This document shows positions 1-9,669 of a DNA stretch of 64,000 bases, piece by piece. The stretch covers positions 145,887 to 209,886 of the forward strand of contig JAHFIQ010000001.1 in the NCBI GenBank assembly GCA_023246355.1, in the 5' to 3' direction. The position numbers and the translations under genes were made by a program. The DNA comes from Candidatus Uhrbacteria bacterium (lineage in GTDB: Bacteria; Patescibacteriota; Patescibacteriia; UBA9934; GWF2-40-263). Numbering within the stretch: position 1 is the stretch's first letter; every line of letters starts with the position of its first letter. The notes beneath the pieces are model-generated. The model searched no databases. It was given only the letters and a program-made list of their open reading frames with translations, and had not been told where the DNA came from.

Positions 1-1875
1 CGTTCCAGTCCAGGCGCCGGTTGTTTCTGTGCGCCACAGGGCTCCGCTCATGGTTCCGGTGTGTGTGAGATAAAAACCATTTCCTGAAGTCAGACCATCA
101 ACCGTGTAGTCGATGCCGTTGGCTGTGGTCACGGAATCAAAGAAGATATCCATCGTATCGTTGGTGGTCTCTGACGAGAAGAAGTTGAACATGTCGAGCG
201 ATCCGGCAGACTGGGTGCCGAAGTTCATCACATCAGCGCCTGTGCCTGTTCCCATGTTGATGGTTCGAGCCACAGAAGTGCTTCCGATCGTGATCGTACG
301 ACTGGCTGTTTGTGTGTCGAGTGAAACATCATTTTGGGCACTAGTAACCGCAACTGATCCACCTGAACCACCAGCGGTAACGGAGATAGCTCCGTCCGTT
401 GTGTCCATGGCAATGGTTCCGGCGCCGGCCACGTTTACATCAAGTCCAGCCGATCCAGGACCAGCCGAGTTGTTGGTGTTGATCTGAACATACGCGGCAT
501 CCAAACCAATGGCACCGGTTGTATTGTTGGTTGCATCGTAGGCATCAAGCTCAATACCTGAGCCAGCAGCGCCATCTGCATCAAGATAAATAGCGACGCC
601 TGTTGGATCTGAGGCAAGAGTTGTCGTGTCCAGGGAGCGCAAAACCACCGTGGACGAAGTGCCGCCAGCACTCGTCGAAAGGGTGAGTCCGCCTACGGAT
701 GTTGAAAAGTTTGAAGCAGCTCCGCCGTCGATGGTGACACCGCCAGTACCACCGTTGATGTCGACGAGAAGCGCATTGATTTCAGATTCTGTGGAAGCAG
801 CATTACCCATGGTGATGGTCTTGGCTGCTGCACCTGTTCCCAAGTTGACCGCGCCGGTTGAACCAGAATCCACTGTGACCGCGCCGGTTGTTCCAGAGGT
901 AATGTTCAAAGCAGAAGCAGCTGCGGAGGCAACCGTTCCAGCTCCAACAAAGGTCAAATCGTTAATATCTAAGTTTGTGCCCTCGACGAGGATTGCACCA
1001 GCATTCCCACCGTCGTCAATCGTGATGGCACCAGTGCCTGGTGTGATATCAAACTCTGGACCATCAACGCCAAATCCACCGGTACCGGTGTTTATTTGAA
1101 CCGCTGTTGCTCCTGTGGTGTTACCAACCGTAACCGTGTGGGCAATCGCGTTGGTACCAATGTTCAAGGCGCCAGTTCCAGCGTTCAATACGACCGATGT
1201 GGCACCGGTTGAGTTACCGACCGTGACGGTCTTTGCAACCGCGCCAGCACCAATGTTGATGGCTGTGGCAGCCGAGTTGTCAAGTGTCAGAGTGGCTGTG
1301 TCGGTGATACCTTCAACGAAGTTCCAGGAATCGCCATCGTAGAAGCGAATCTTGTCGTTCGTGGTGTCGTAGAACAAACGACCATCAAACGTATCGTCTG
1401 TTGGGGCGCTTGAGACAGCCTCAATGGCTTGAGTGAAGATAGAGTAAGGCGTCTTGGTTACCTCCACGCGAGGGGAAAGGGTTTCAGCTGAACCAACCGC
1501 ATCAGAAGAGTTCACCTTTAATTCAAGAAAAAGATTGTCTGAAAAATCAGAGAGGCTTGCTCCAAGCGGGATCTGCAAGGAGAAGAAGCCGTTGGTGACT
1601 GTAATGGCCGATGTTGGTGTGGCCAAGAAGTTTGTACCTTGGATATTGCTTGAGGCAGTTGTACCACCTGTGAGTGCGCTCTCCAAGTCAAACCAGAAAT
1701 AGTACGTTCCTGTGAGGGCCGTACCGGATGAGTTAAAAAGGCGTCCGTTGTAGCCGATCGATGTCGGCACCTGCGCTTGGGCAGCGGACGGGACTGCAAG
1801 AAGGGCAAAAGCCAGTGTGTAGAACACCATGGCCACTGCCACAAACGTGTGCAGAATGAGTTTGGCGGTTCGCAT
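1..1875 (-). CDS. Very large secreted Thr/Gly/Ser-rich surface protein (partial, runs off window start)
   Basis: Not in the ORF track (no stop in window). Manual translation from ATG 1875: signal-peptide-like MRTAKLILHTFVAVAMVFYTLAFALLAVPSAAQA, then VPTSIGYNGRLFNSSGTALTGTYYFWFDL and low-complexity repeats such as GNTTGATAVQINTGTGG. Confidence 0.85.
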   Translation of the reverse strand, partial: MRTAKLILHTFVAVAMVFYTLAFALLAVPSAAQAQVPTSIGYNGRLFNSSGTALTGTYYFWFDLESALTGGTTASSNIQGTNFLATPTSAITVTNGFFSLQIPLGASLSDFSDNLFLELKVNSSDAVGSAETLSPRVEVTKTPYSIFTQAIEAVSSAPTDDTFDGRLFYDTTNDKIRFYDGDSWNFVEGITDTATLTLDNSAATAINIGAGAVAKTVTVGNSTGATSVVLNAGTGALNIGTNAIAHTVTVGNTTGATAVQINTGTGGFGVDGPEFDITPGTGAITIDDGGNAGAILVEGTNLDINDLTFVGAGTVASAAASALNITSGTTGAVTVDSGSTGAVNLGTGAAAKTITMGNAASTESEINALLVDINGGTGGVTIDGGAASNFSTSVGGLTLSTSAGGTSSTVVLRSLDTTTLASDPTGVAIYLDADGAAGSGIELDAYDATNNTTGAIGLDAAYVQINTNNSAGPGSAGLDVNVAGAGTIAMDTTDGAISVTAGGSGGSVAVTSAQNDVSLDTQTASRTITIGSTSVARTINMGTGTGADVMNFGTQSAGSLDMFNFFSSETTNDTMDIFFDSVTTANGIDYTVDGLTSGNGFYLTHTGTMSGALWRTETTGAWTGT

Positions 1876-2028
1876 ACGATTGTGATGCGTAGTCTCTTAG
1901 GAGACTTGAAATTATTTAAAAGGATTGGACGGCTCAGTGATTCTGGTAAAGAAACGATGAAACCCAAGGCGCATGCCTTGTTCATTCCTTTACCAAATCA
2001 CTTAGCTCATGCCTCGATCCATGAGAGA

Positions 2029-3261
2029 TTAATTAAGTTTTTTCTTTTTCCTTGCGGAAATTATACCAACAATGACGATTGCTCCCAAGATCAGAGTTAT
2101 CAACAGCTTCTTTGGTGTCGACAAACTGTTCACGGCTGCGCCAGCGCGTGCGATGGCTGTGAGCTCCTGATTCTCCTCAAATCCATCAGGACGACTCAGA
2201 TCGGTTCCTTCTGGGTACACACGGATTGACGTGCTTCCATAAGAAGCGTTCCCTGCTCGATCAAGCGCTGCGACTCGGAAAAAGTAGGTCCCAACAGCCA
2301 AGTCTGAGATTTCCAGCGGACTCTCTTGCACCTGATACTCACTATCGTTGATGGCCACTTGGTACTGAAGTACGCCTGAGGTCTCATCAATGGTCGCAAA
2401 GGTAAACCAGGCAGATTCGCCTTCTAAAATCTTGTTTGTTTGGGCGACAAGTTCGATCGCATGTGGCGCCGTGGTGTCGATGTTGACTCGACGATGGGCG
2501 ACAGCTGTCTGCTTTCCGTTTGCTTGAACGCCCTTCAAGTGGAGGTAGTGGACCCCGTCTGCCACACCGGTAAATGAAAGCTGAGATGTGGACCCGTCCA
2601 CGTATGTGCTTGGTTCCGTATCTGAGTTCTCATCAAACGTGTAGTAATAGGCTGTGATGGGACTGTCTCCTTGCAGCGCCGTCCAGGTGAAAGCGACATC
2701 ACTCACAGTGAACCAGTCGACTTCGTTTGGATGACTCTCGCTCTCCACAACAAGCAGCGCTGTTCCAGCTTCTGCTGTGCTGGAGGCTCCTACCGTTACT
2801 TGCGAGCTCCCCAAATTCCCCGTGTCTATTTTCTCCTCTCCGTCCTCGATCGCTCGAGAGTCCGCAGAGATTTCTACGTCACCACTTCCCTCTTGCAGCG
2901 CAAGAAAGGTGATGGTCGCAAATGGTCCTTGTGCGGTCACTGGACCTTCCAGCGTAAAGGCTCCCCATGAAATTTTTCCGGTTTCGTTGTTGTACTCATT
3001 GCCTGGCGCCACACGATCGAAGGCTCCCACAAGAGAGACATTTCGAACTTGCAGAAGCGTTGGATCAAACGTGACCACGGCACGAGCTGTATCGAGCAAT
3101 GCCCCGCCTGGATTCACGCTCACGATCACATCGAATTGTTCGCCGCGTTCCACGGAGTATTCGCTCTGATCCAGACTCATCGATGCGGCTCCTTGTGCCT
3201 GAGAAATCCCAGGCAAGAGAAGCATCATCCCGACTACGACAACCGAAAGGAATTGTTTCAT
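2029..3261 (-). CDS. Secreted cohesin-domain protein with Ig/FN3-like domains and C-terminal membrane anchor
   Basis: Likely start MKQFLSVV (signal peptide). Cohesin-like pattern GEQFDVIVSVN...AVVTFDPTLLQV...FATITFLALQEG; FN3-like GTYFFRVAALDRAGN; hydrophobic C-terminus followed by RKKKKLN. Confidence 0.75.
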   Translation of the reverse strand: MKQFLSVVVVGMMLLLPGISQAQGAASMSLDQSEYSVERGEQFDVIVSVNPGGALLDTARAVVTFDPTLLQVRNVSLVGAFDRVAPGNEYNNETGKISWGAFTLEGPVTAQGPFATITFLALQEGSGDVEISADSRAIEDGEEKIDTGNLGSSQVTVGASSTAEAGTALLVVESESHPNEVDWFTVSDVAFTWTALQGDSPITAYYYTFDENSDTEPSTYVDGSTSQLSFTGVADGVHYLHLKGVQANGKQTAVAHRRVNIDTTAPHAIELVAQTNKILEGESAWFTFATIDETSGVLQYQVAINDSEYQVQESPLEISDLAVGTYFFRVAALDRAGNASYGSTSIRVYPEGTDLSRPDGFEENQELTAIARAGAAVNSLSTPKKLLITLILGAIVIVGIISARKKKKLN

Positions 3262-3362
3262 ACGTACTTCTTGTCCTCCTGTGAATGTTGGCTTGGTGAG
3301 GGACATGTCGGATCAAAAACGTGTTTTGAGGCGGCATGTCCCTCACCAGAGCCAACGTACTG

Positions 3363-4244
3363 TTAAACACTTGTTCCCCATCGTGCGACCATCATCGAGA
3401 AGTCATAGTCGTCCACGATTTCATCTTCATTGAAGTCCCCGGCACGATTGTTATCGCCCCAGATTTTCACCAGCTTGCTCAAATCGTAATCGTTGACTGT
3501 GTCGTTTCCTGTGACGTCGCCGATCAGTCTTCGATAGAGTTCGTAGACGGTTTCGTCTGAGTCCTTAGAACCATTACTGGCGACAATCGAGAAGCTATTG
3601 AGTCCGTATGAAAGCGATACCATCGAGGACCAAGAATCATCGTCGACCAGTTCTACATCCTCTGAGGAATCGTTAATCGTGATCTCGTCAGTGTCTGTAT
3701 CCATGGTTCCGTACAAAAGGAAGGATGTTTTGTAGCTGTATTCAAGTGAGGCAATCTCGTCGGAAACTTCTGGTTCATCTGGCGCGGATCCGCCTCCACC
3801 ACCGCCACCGCCTCCACCACCGCCGCCTCCACCAGAGGCTGTTGAACAGCTTGACGTGACATAGGCACAGGCTGAGCTACAGGAAAGCGTTCCGGCATCA
3901 AACCCTTGGCTGGCACAGGTGGCGCTGTTCAAGTCTGCGCCATCACATGTTTCAGAGGAATCGCGGAAACCATCACCACAGTAGAACTGGAACGCGCCTC
4001 CGCCCTGCTCTTGATAGGTTGTGCTTGAGACGCTTCCTGTGTACGGCTCAATAGCTCCCTGCGCTCGATAACTTGAGGAGGTAAGCATCCCGGAGGCATT
4101 GGCTCCAGCGTTGGCCGAGGGAGACAGGTAGCCTTCCTCTGGATTGATCTGGTAGGTCGTTGAGGAAACCGTCGCTCCCGCACTCAGAGGGAATGCGACC
4201 AGACTGAGCGCCACCAGCAGTACAGGTAATTTTTTATATGTCAT
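3363..4244 (-). CDS. Secreted protein with Cys-rich repeat, poly-Gly linker and C-terminal dockerin-like domain
   Basis: Signal peptide; CGDGFRDSSETCDG motif; duplicated Ca-loop GDVTGNDTVNDYDLS...W / GDFNEDEIVDDYDFS...W typical of dockerin-like domains. Confidence 0.75.
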   Translation of the reverse strand: MTYKKLPVLLVALSLVAFPLSAGATVSSTTYQINPEEGYLSPSANAGANASGMLTSSSYRAQGAIEPYTGSVSSTTYQEQGGGAFQFYCGDGFRDSSETCDGADLNSATCASQGFDAGTLSCSSACAYVTSSCSTASGGGGGGGGGGGGGGGSAPDEPEVSDEIASLEYSYKTSFLLYGTMDTDTDEITINDSSEDVELVDDDSWSSMVSLSYGLNSFSIVASNGSKDSDETVYELYRRLIGDVTGNDTVNDYDLSKLVKIWGDNNRAGDFNEDEIVDDYDFSMMVARWGTSV

Positions 4245-4262
4245 ATGCGGAGTCGCTCGCCA

Positions 4263-6011
4263 TTAAAACGCTCCTGAGTAAGCAATCGCTGCAACGATAT
4301 TCCAATCTTGATCTGAACTTGGAAGGGCGCCGAACGCGGAAACATACGTGGTGATCGCGGCGGACTCGGCCTCCAAGTCGCGCTCATCATCACTTGGGGT
4401 GTAGCCGTTCACCATGTAATCGATGGCGACCCAATCAGCATCCTCAGATGGAAGACGACCGGTGATGGTTCCAAACCAACCAATGGCTTGCTGTTCAAGT
4501 GTCAGCGCTGTTTCTTCTTCTGCGACCACCTCTTCTACCTCTGCCACCTCATCCACCTCTTCCTCATCTCCTGACTCTAGGAAGTCTGTGTAGGCAAGCG
4601 TGTGTACGACATTCCATTCCATGTCCGTCGATGGCATCTTGGCGTACTTGGCACCGAAGATGACGAGTGCTGCTTGCTCGGCCGCCAGATCTTGTTCTTC
4701 TTCTTCACAGCCGCCGTAGGCAATGCAATGCAGAGCTGCCCAGTCGTCTTCTGAGGAAGGCATGCGAGCATAGAACGCTCCGAAGTAGACGAGCGCTTGC
4801 TGCTCAAGACTTGCAGATGTTTCTTCCTCGACTACCTCTTCTACCTCGTCCACCTCGGCCACCTCTTCCTCCTCTCCTGAGTCAAGGAAGTCCGTGTAGG
4901 CAAGCGTGTGGATGACATTCCATTCCATGTCTGTGGATGGCATCTTGCCGTACTTCGCGCCGAAGGTTACGAGTGCTGCTTGCTCGGCCGCCAGATCTTG
5001 TTCTTCTTCTTCACAGCCGCCGTAGGCAATGCAATGCAGAGCTGCCCAGTCGTCTTCTGAGGAAGGCATGCGAGCATAGAACGCTCCGAAGTAGACGAGG
5101 GCCTGTGCTTCAAGAGAGGCGGAAGATTCGGTGGTTGTTTCTTCTTCGGTCGTCTCCTCTTCTGTTGTGGTTTCTCCCTCTTCAAGAGGTTCAAGGCCTA
5201 GCAATTCCTGTCCAGCCGTTGTGTAAGCCAGTGCGTGAACCGCCTGCCAGTCCATAGAAGAAGATGGGTTGGCACCGTACTTGCTATTGAACTTGGCAAG
5301 CGCGGCAACTTCGTACGTGAGATTGCGATTGTCCGAGTCATAGCAACCGTCATCAGCAATACAGTTATTGGTTTCCCAATCGTCATCACTGGATGGAAGG
5401 CGTCCAAACAAGGCGCCGAAGTAAACCAGGGCAGCTGCTTGATCACTCTCACTTGCACCGTTGCTGTTTGAGCTACTTGTATCTTCTTCGTCAGTTGTTG
5501 CTGGAGCTTCTGATTCAACATCAGCGCCCGTGATCGTGATCCTGGACGATCCAAGTTCACCTGTATCGATGGTTTCTTCACCATCGGAAATCAAACGTGA
5601 TGAATCCTCAACCGCGATCGTTGCTGTTCCGGAGGACAGCGCATGAAAGGTCACGGTCGCAAGGGTGCCAGAGCTCGTCACCGGAGTGCCGAACTTGTAC
5701 GCGCCGTAGCTGAGTGTGCCTGCATCGTTGTCGATGTCATTGGAAGGTGAAAGATTTGGAAACAAGCTTCCAAGATCAAACGACAGCACCTCGACCATAT
5801 CTGGATCGAAGGAAAGATCGACACGAACCGTGTCGAGCGACTCGTCGTTGGCGTCCACGAGTACGCTTAAACTAAAAGAGTCCCCTGTCTCAACGGACGT
5901 GTTGGTAGGAGACAACGACAACGTGGCCGTGGTACCGGCATGCGCCGCTGGAATGCCAACGTTCGCGATTCCCATCGCGAGTCCGAGGAAGAGGACGGCA
6001 ATCTTCTTCAT
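4263..6011 (-). CDS. Secreted acidic cohesin-domain protein with repeated helical modules (S-layer-like)
   Basis: Signal peptide; cohesin-like N-domain (GDSFSLSVLVD...LSFDPDMVEV...LATVTFHALSSG); about eight copies of an E-x-x-A...F...Y...PS...DW...(I/L)AY half-repeat. Confidence 0.75.
   Translation of the reverse strand: MKKIAVLFLGLAMGIANVGIPAAHAGTTATLSLSPTNTSVETGDSFSLSVLVDANDESLDTVRVDLSFDPDMVEVLSFDLGSLFPNLSPSNDIDNDAGTLSYGAYKFGTPVTSSGTLATVTFHALSSGTATIAVEDSSRLISDGEETIDTGELGSSRITITGADVESEAPATTDEEDTSSSNSNGASESDQAAALVYFGALFGRLPSSDDDWETNNCIADDGCYDSDNRNLTYEVAALAKFNSKYGANPSSSMDWQAVHALAYTTAGQELLGLEPLEEGETTTEEETTEEETTTESSASLEAQALVYFGAFYARMPSSEDDWAALHCIAYGGCEEEEQDLAAEQAALVTFGAKYGKMPSTDMEWNVIHTLAYTDFLDSGEEEEVAEVDEVEEVVEEETSASLEQQALVYFGAFYARMPSSEDDWAALHCIAYGGCEEEEQDLAAEQAALVIFGAKYAKMPSTDMEWNVVHTLAYTDFLESGDEEEVDEVAEVEEVVAEEETALTLEQQAIGWFGTITGRLPSEDADWVAIDYMVNGYTPSDDERDLEAESAAITTYVSAFGALPSSDQDWNIVAAIAYSGAF
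4579..5099. repeat. Intragenic direct repeat, 306-bp period
   Basis: 4663-4793 is identical to 4969-5099 (131 bp); flanks are similar with scattered changes. Confidence 0.9.
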
Positions 6012-6318
6012 AAGAAAATTTTTTAGGGCGGTTAAATGTAAAAGGATTTTGATGGCGCAAGTGACATCAAAAAAAGTTCATCAAAATTATACATGCAACG
6101 CGCAAGACCGACAAAGAAAATCTGTGTATAACCTGCGAAGTTCATCAAGAAATAATTCCGGAGAGCACAACCGTTATCGGTCACTTTCATCCCAACAACA
6201 AACTTCTCGACAAGGAAGCATTCAACGGCAAAATGGGATTTCTCTATTGCGCTGCTGCTGGTAATGACCTAAAAAGTCCACGCCAGTATAGACAAAAAAG
6301 GTTTTCCACAGCCGATTT

Positions 6319-7629
6319 TTACTTTTCTCCTCTGAACAAAAGCTGAACGGTTTTGAGAAGAATCAGGAAATCAAGAACCAACGATCGGTTTTTTATATAG
6401 TACAAATCGTATTCGAATTTTTTTTGAGAGTCCGTGACAGAACGAGCATAGCGAAATTTAATTTGCGCCCAACCGGTGAATCCTGGTTTTACAAAATGAC
6501 GAACACGATAATGGGGAATCTCTCGCTCAAGCGTTTCCACAAACATCGGTCGCTCTGGTCTTGGTCCGACCAAACTCAACTCCCCTTTCAACACATTCAA
6601 CATCTGCGGCAGCTCATCCAAGTGACTCTTACGCAACAGGTTGCCCACCCGTGTCACACGATCATCGTTCTTTGTCGCCCACTGCGCTCCACTCGCTTCC
6701 GCATCTGCTCTCATGGTACGAAACTTTTTAATCAAAAACGGCTGACGATTTTTCCCAACACGTTCCTGTGTGTAAAAAATAGCTCCGCCTTCCATCTTGA
6801 TCAAAAGGGCGATGAACATCCACAGCGGCAAGGTAAGAAGCAACAGACACGCCGCGACCGACACATCAAAGACACGCTTCAAACGATGCGAGAGACCTTG
6901 ATTGCGCTCCTGAACATGACGAATGAACCACGCGTGATCGATCGTGGAGAGTGGAATTCTCCGTGCGAATAATTCATAGGCTTGGGCGAGATCCAAGAAG
7001 GTCACACCCGTTCCAAGACACGCATAGAGTGATTGAAGGTGGTCACCTTGAGACAAAAATGCGTTAGGAACAATAACCACATCGAGATGATGTCGTTGGA
7101 TCTGACTCACAAGATCCTCTCCTGATGATGTGAGAGACACAGACTCATATCCATGATGCTTCAATGACTGGATAATTTCTGCTAACTCCCCCTCTTGATC
7201 TTGGAGATCCAACAGACCAATCCGCCAAGGAACAAGAGAGGAGATCTTCAGCGAGAATACCAAGCGCCACAGGTACGCGAACAAGCCAAACAGCAGGACG
7301 TGGATAAGGAGGTTCGTCTTAGGACTCAAATCTGTGAGTGTCGTTGCATAGAAAAACAAAACCCCTGTCCCAAACAGCATCACCACTGCAACGCCAAAAC
7401 GCGCCATAAACGACGTTGAGGTCGGCGGCAGAGAGAGGTCGTAGAGATCCATCACATAAAAAACCGCGAGCCAAACCAGATACAGAAAAGAGAACGGGAC
7501 GGCGTGAGCCAAAAAACGCTCTGTATCAACCTGCCCCCAGAACCCAATAAAAAGAGCCAACCACAATGTCCCGTAGAGTAATGCTACGTCTCCTGTTAGG
7601 AGAGCCATTTTCCGAAAAATGAAGCCCAT
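6319..7629 (-). CDS. Priming polyprenyl-phosphate sugar phosphotransferase (bacterial sugar transferase family)
   Basis: N-terminal TM helices; KRVFD, KFRTM, DDRVTRVG, LDELPQ, SLVGPRPE, KPGFTGWAQ motifs. Confidence 0.93.
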   Translation of the reverse strand: MGFIFRKMALLTGDVALLYGTLWLALFIGFWGQVDTERFLAHAVPFSFLYLVWLAVFYVMDLYDLSLPPTSTSFMARFGVAVVMLFGTGVLFFYATTLTDLSPKTNLLIHVLLFGLFAYLWRLVFSLKISSLVPWRIGLLDLQDQEGELAEIIQSLKHHGYESVSLTSSGEDLVSQIQRHHLDVVIVPNAFLSQGDHLQSLYACLGTGVTFLDLAQAYELFARRIPLSTIDHAWFIRHVQERNQGLSHRLKRVFDVSVAACLLLLTLPLWMFIALLIKMEGGAIFYTQERVGKNRQPFLIKKFRTMRADAEASGAQWATKNDDRVTRVGNLLRKSHLDELPQMLNVLKGELSLVGPRPERPMFVETLEREIPHYRVRHFVKPGFTGWAQIKFRYARSVTDSQKKFEYDLYYIKNRSLVLDFLILLKTVQLLFRGEK

Positions 7630-7653
7630 ACTACAATGCCGTTATCATACACT

Positions 7654-9669
7654 ATGGCTATACAAACAGAATCCTCTCTGAACCGATTCCTCCTGACAGC
7701 AACAAGAGTCGGAATGTTCTCCACCTTGCTCACTCCCCTGCTGTACTGGAGCAAGCTCATGTTCCTTCAAAACTCAACCAAAACATACTTCATCTACATC
7801 ATGAGTGAAATTACGCTTGTGCTCTTTCTCTGGCTCATCGCAAGAGCGCCAGAGTGGCGGCCGCGTATCACGCTGACCACGAAACTTTTCTTTCTCTACA
7901 TCCTGATCCTTGTCCTTGCATCCTTGCTGGGCGTTGATCCATCTTATTCTTTCTGGGGGAGTTTGGATCGGATGGGAGGAATCCTGACATGGCTGCATCT
8001 CACTGCTGTGTTTGTGGTTCTCACAAGCTTGATGCGCACACAAGAAGATTGGGTAAAATTTTTTTCCTTCTCGACTGCGGTTGCCGTCATGATCGCTTTT
8101 ATCCATCTCTTCTCCTTGGGTGGAACGGCGCTCATACCTGAAGCCCGAGGCGGAGCGACCCTGGGCAACTCTTCTTTCTTGGCTGTGTACTTGCTCTTCC
8201 ACACCTTTTTTTCGCTCTTTCTCGCCTCACAACAAAAAAAGAAAGAACGGCTCTACACCTGGCTGAGCGTCTGTGCCTTCTTTGCTCTGACTCTTTCCAG
8301 CGTAAGCGCCGTGGCCGTTCATTTCAGTTTGATCGGTGGAATGGTCCTGCTTTCCATTCTCCTGCTTATCGTCCATGGACGCTCCAAAACAAAAAAACAG
8401 CTTGGGATCGTTCTGCTCGTCCTCTTGTCGATCGTCTTTCTGACCACAACGATTCTGGCCTTCTTGCCTGAGAGCTCTGTGCATCAAAAATTTATCGACC
8501 TTTCCTCTGGGTCGCGATTTGCCCTTTGGGATAGTGCTTGGCAGGGCATCAAAGAAAAACCCTTGTTTGGCTGGGGCTTGGAAAACTTCGGCGTCGTAGC
8601 CCTGACGCACTACAACCCCTGCTTTGGATCTCAGGCGTGTGGGTTTGAAATGTGGTTTGACCATGCACACAATAAACTTCTGGACGTTTGGATTGAGTCC
8701 GGCATTCTGGGACTCCTGCTCTATCTTGGAATTTGGATATCCAGCATTCGCGAGCTGTGGCTGGCGCGACAAAAAAAGAACATCACAGGAACCACATTCG
8801 CCATTTTCAGCGCTTTGCTCGCCGCCTACTTTGTCCAAAACCTGACCGTCTTGGATACGATCACGAGTCTCTTGTTGTGGATCATGGTTCTCGCATTTTC
8901 AAATTCTCAAGAAGAGCCAGCCGTAAAAAAATCACGACCCTTGCCCCTGGCCATCCCGACGATCGCAACGATGTTCCTTCCCTTCGCCTTCTTTTTTTTC
9001 GTGATACAGCCCCTGCGCGGCAACCTGGGATTTGAACATGTGCTGAACGCCACAGATCTAGACACTCGGCTTGAAGCCTACGAACGCGCCACCACCCTCT
9101 CCCCTCTTGGCATTGACATGCGTCGGATTTTTCTCGGCGACCAAACGTCCAGCACCTACTGGAAAATCCCGGTCGAGACATTGAGGAGCATCGAGCCTCA
9201 AGCCCGCCTAGAGCTCGGACTCGCTCAAGCTGGTCTCATGGACAGTCTCGGTCACAAGAATCAAGAATTGCGAGCCCACATCGCTCTGGGAATCATGTAT
9301 CAAACTGAGGGACACTTTTTTGATCCTGCGGCCTTTGAGAAAGCCGAAGAAATTTTACTCAAAGCGATTGAACTCTATCCGCTGATCCCTCAACCTAAAT
9401 GGACCTTGGCGGGTGTGTACCTAGACGAAGGAAAATTGGATGAAGCGCTTGCCATGACTCAGTCTGTCTTAGATGCTTCACCTCTTTCACCCCAGGCTTA
9501 CAACTATCAACTCATTGTCCTTAAATGGATGGACGATACTGATGCCTTTGAAAAACTTGCCGCTCAGGCACTTCAGCTCATCCCTAATCTTCAATCAGAC
9601 ATCGACCAACTCACCGCGGTCGACCTGCAAACACGCTCCCAAGAAGTTCTGACCTCATTCCACCGTTAG
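7654..9669 (+). CDS. O-antigen ligase (Wzy_C) family membrane protein with C-terminal TPR-like region
   Basis: Multi-TM; TLGNSSFLA, SRFALW, PLFGWGLENF, DHAHN motifs. Start 7654 preferred over 7636, which lies only 7 bp from the divergent gene. Confidence 0.85.
   Translation: MAIQTESSLNRFLLTATRVGMFSTLLTPLLYWSKLMFLQNSTKTYFIYIMSEITLVLFLWLIARAPEWRPRITLTTKLFFLYILILVLASLLGVDPSYSFWGSLDRMGGILTWLHLTAVFVVLTSLMRTQEDWVKFFSFSTAVAVMIAFIHLFSLGGTALIPEARGGATLGNSSFLAVYLLFHTFFSLFLASQQKKKERLYTWLSVCAFFALTLSSVSAVAVHFSLIGGMVLLSILLLIVHGRSKTKKQLGIVLLVLLSIVFLTTTILAFLPESSVHQKFIDLSSGSRFALWDSAWQGIKEKPLFGWGLENFGVVALTHYNPCFGSQACGFEMWFDHAHNKLLDVWIESGILGLLLYLGIWISSIRELWLARQKKNITGTTFAIFSALLAAYFVQNLTVLDTITSLLLWIMVLAFSNSQEEPAVKKSRPLPLAIPTIATMFLPFAFFFFVIQPLRGNLGFEHVLNATDLDTRLEAYERATTLSPLGIDMRRIFLGDQTSSTYWKIPVETLRSIEPQARLELGLAQAGLMDSLGHKNQELRAHIALGIMYQTEGHFFDPAAFEKAEEILLKAIELYPLIPQPKWTLAGVYLDEGKLDEALAMTQSVLDASPLSPQAYNYQLIVLKWMDDTDAFEKLAAQALQLIPNLQSDIDQLTAVDLQTRSQEVLTSFHR

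Noticed and set aside
113-1702. Plus-strand ORFs in the first 1.7 kb
   Set aside because: Antisense shadows of the large minus-strand surface protein gene.
3790-3836. (CCN)n repeat as a contingency locus
   Set aside because: Mixed Gly codons encoding a poly-Gly linker; not a pure microsatellite.
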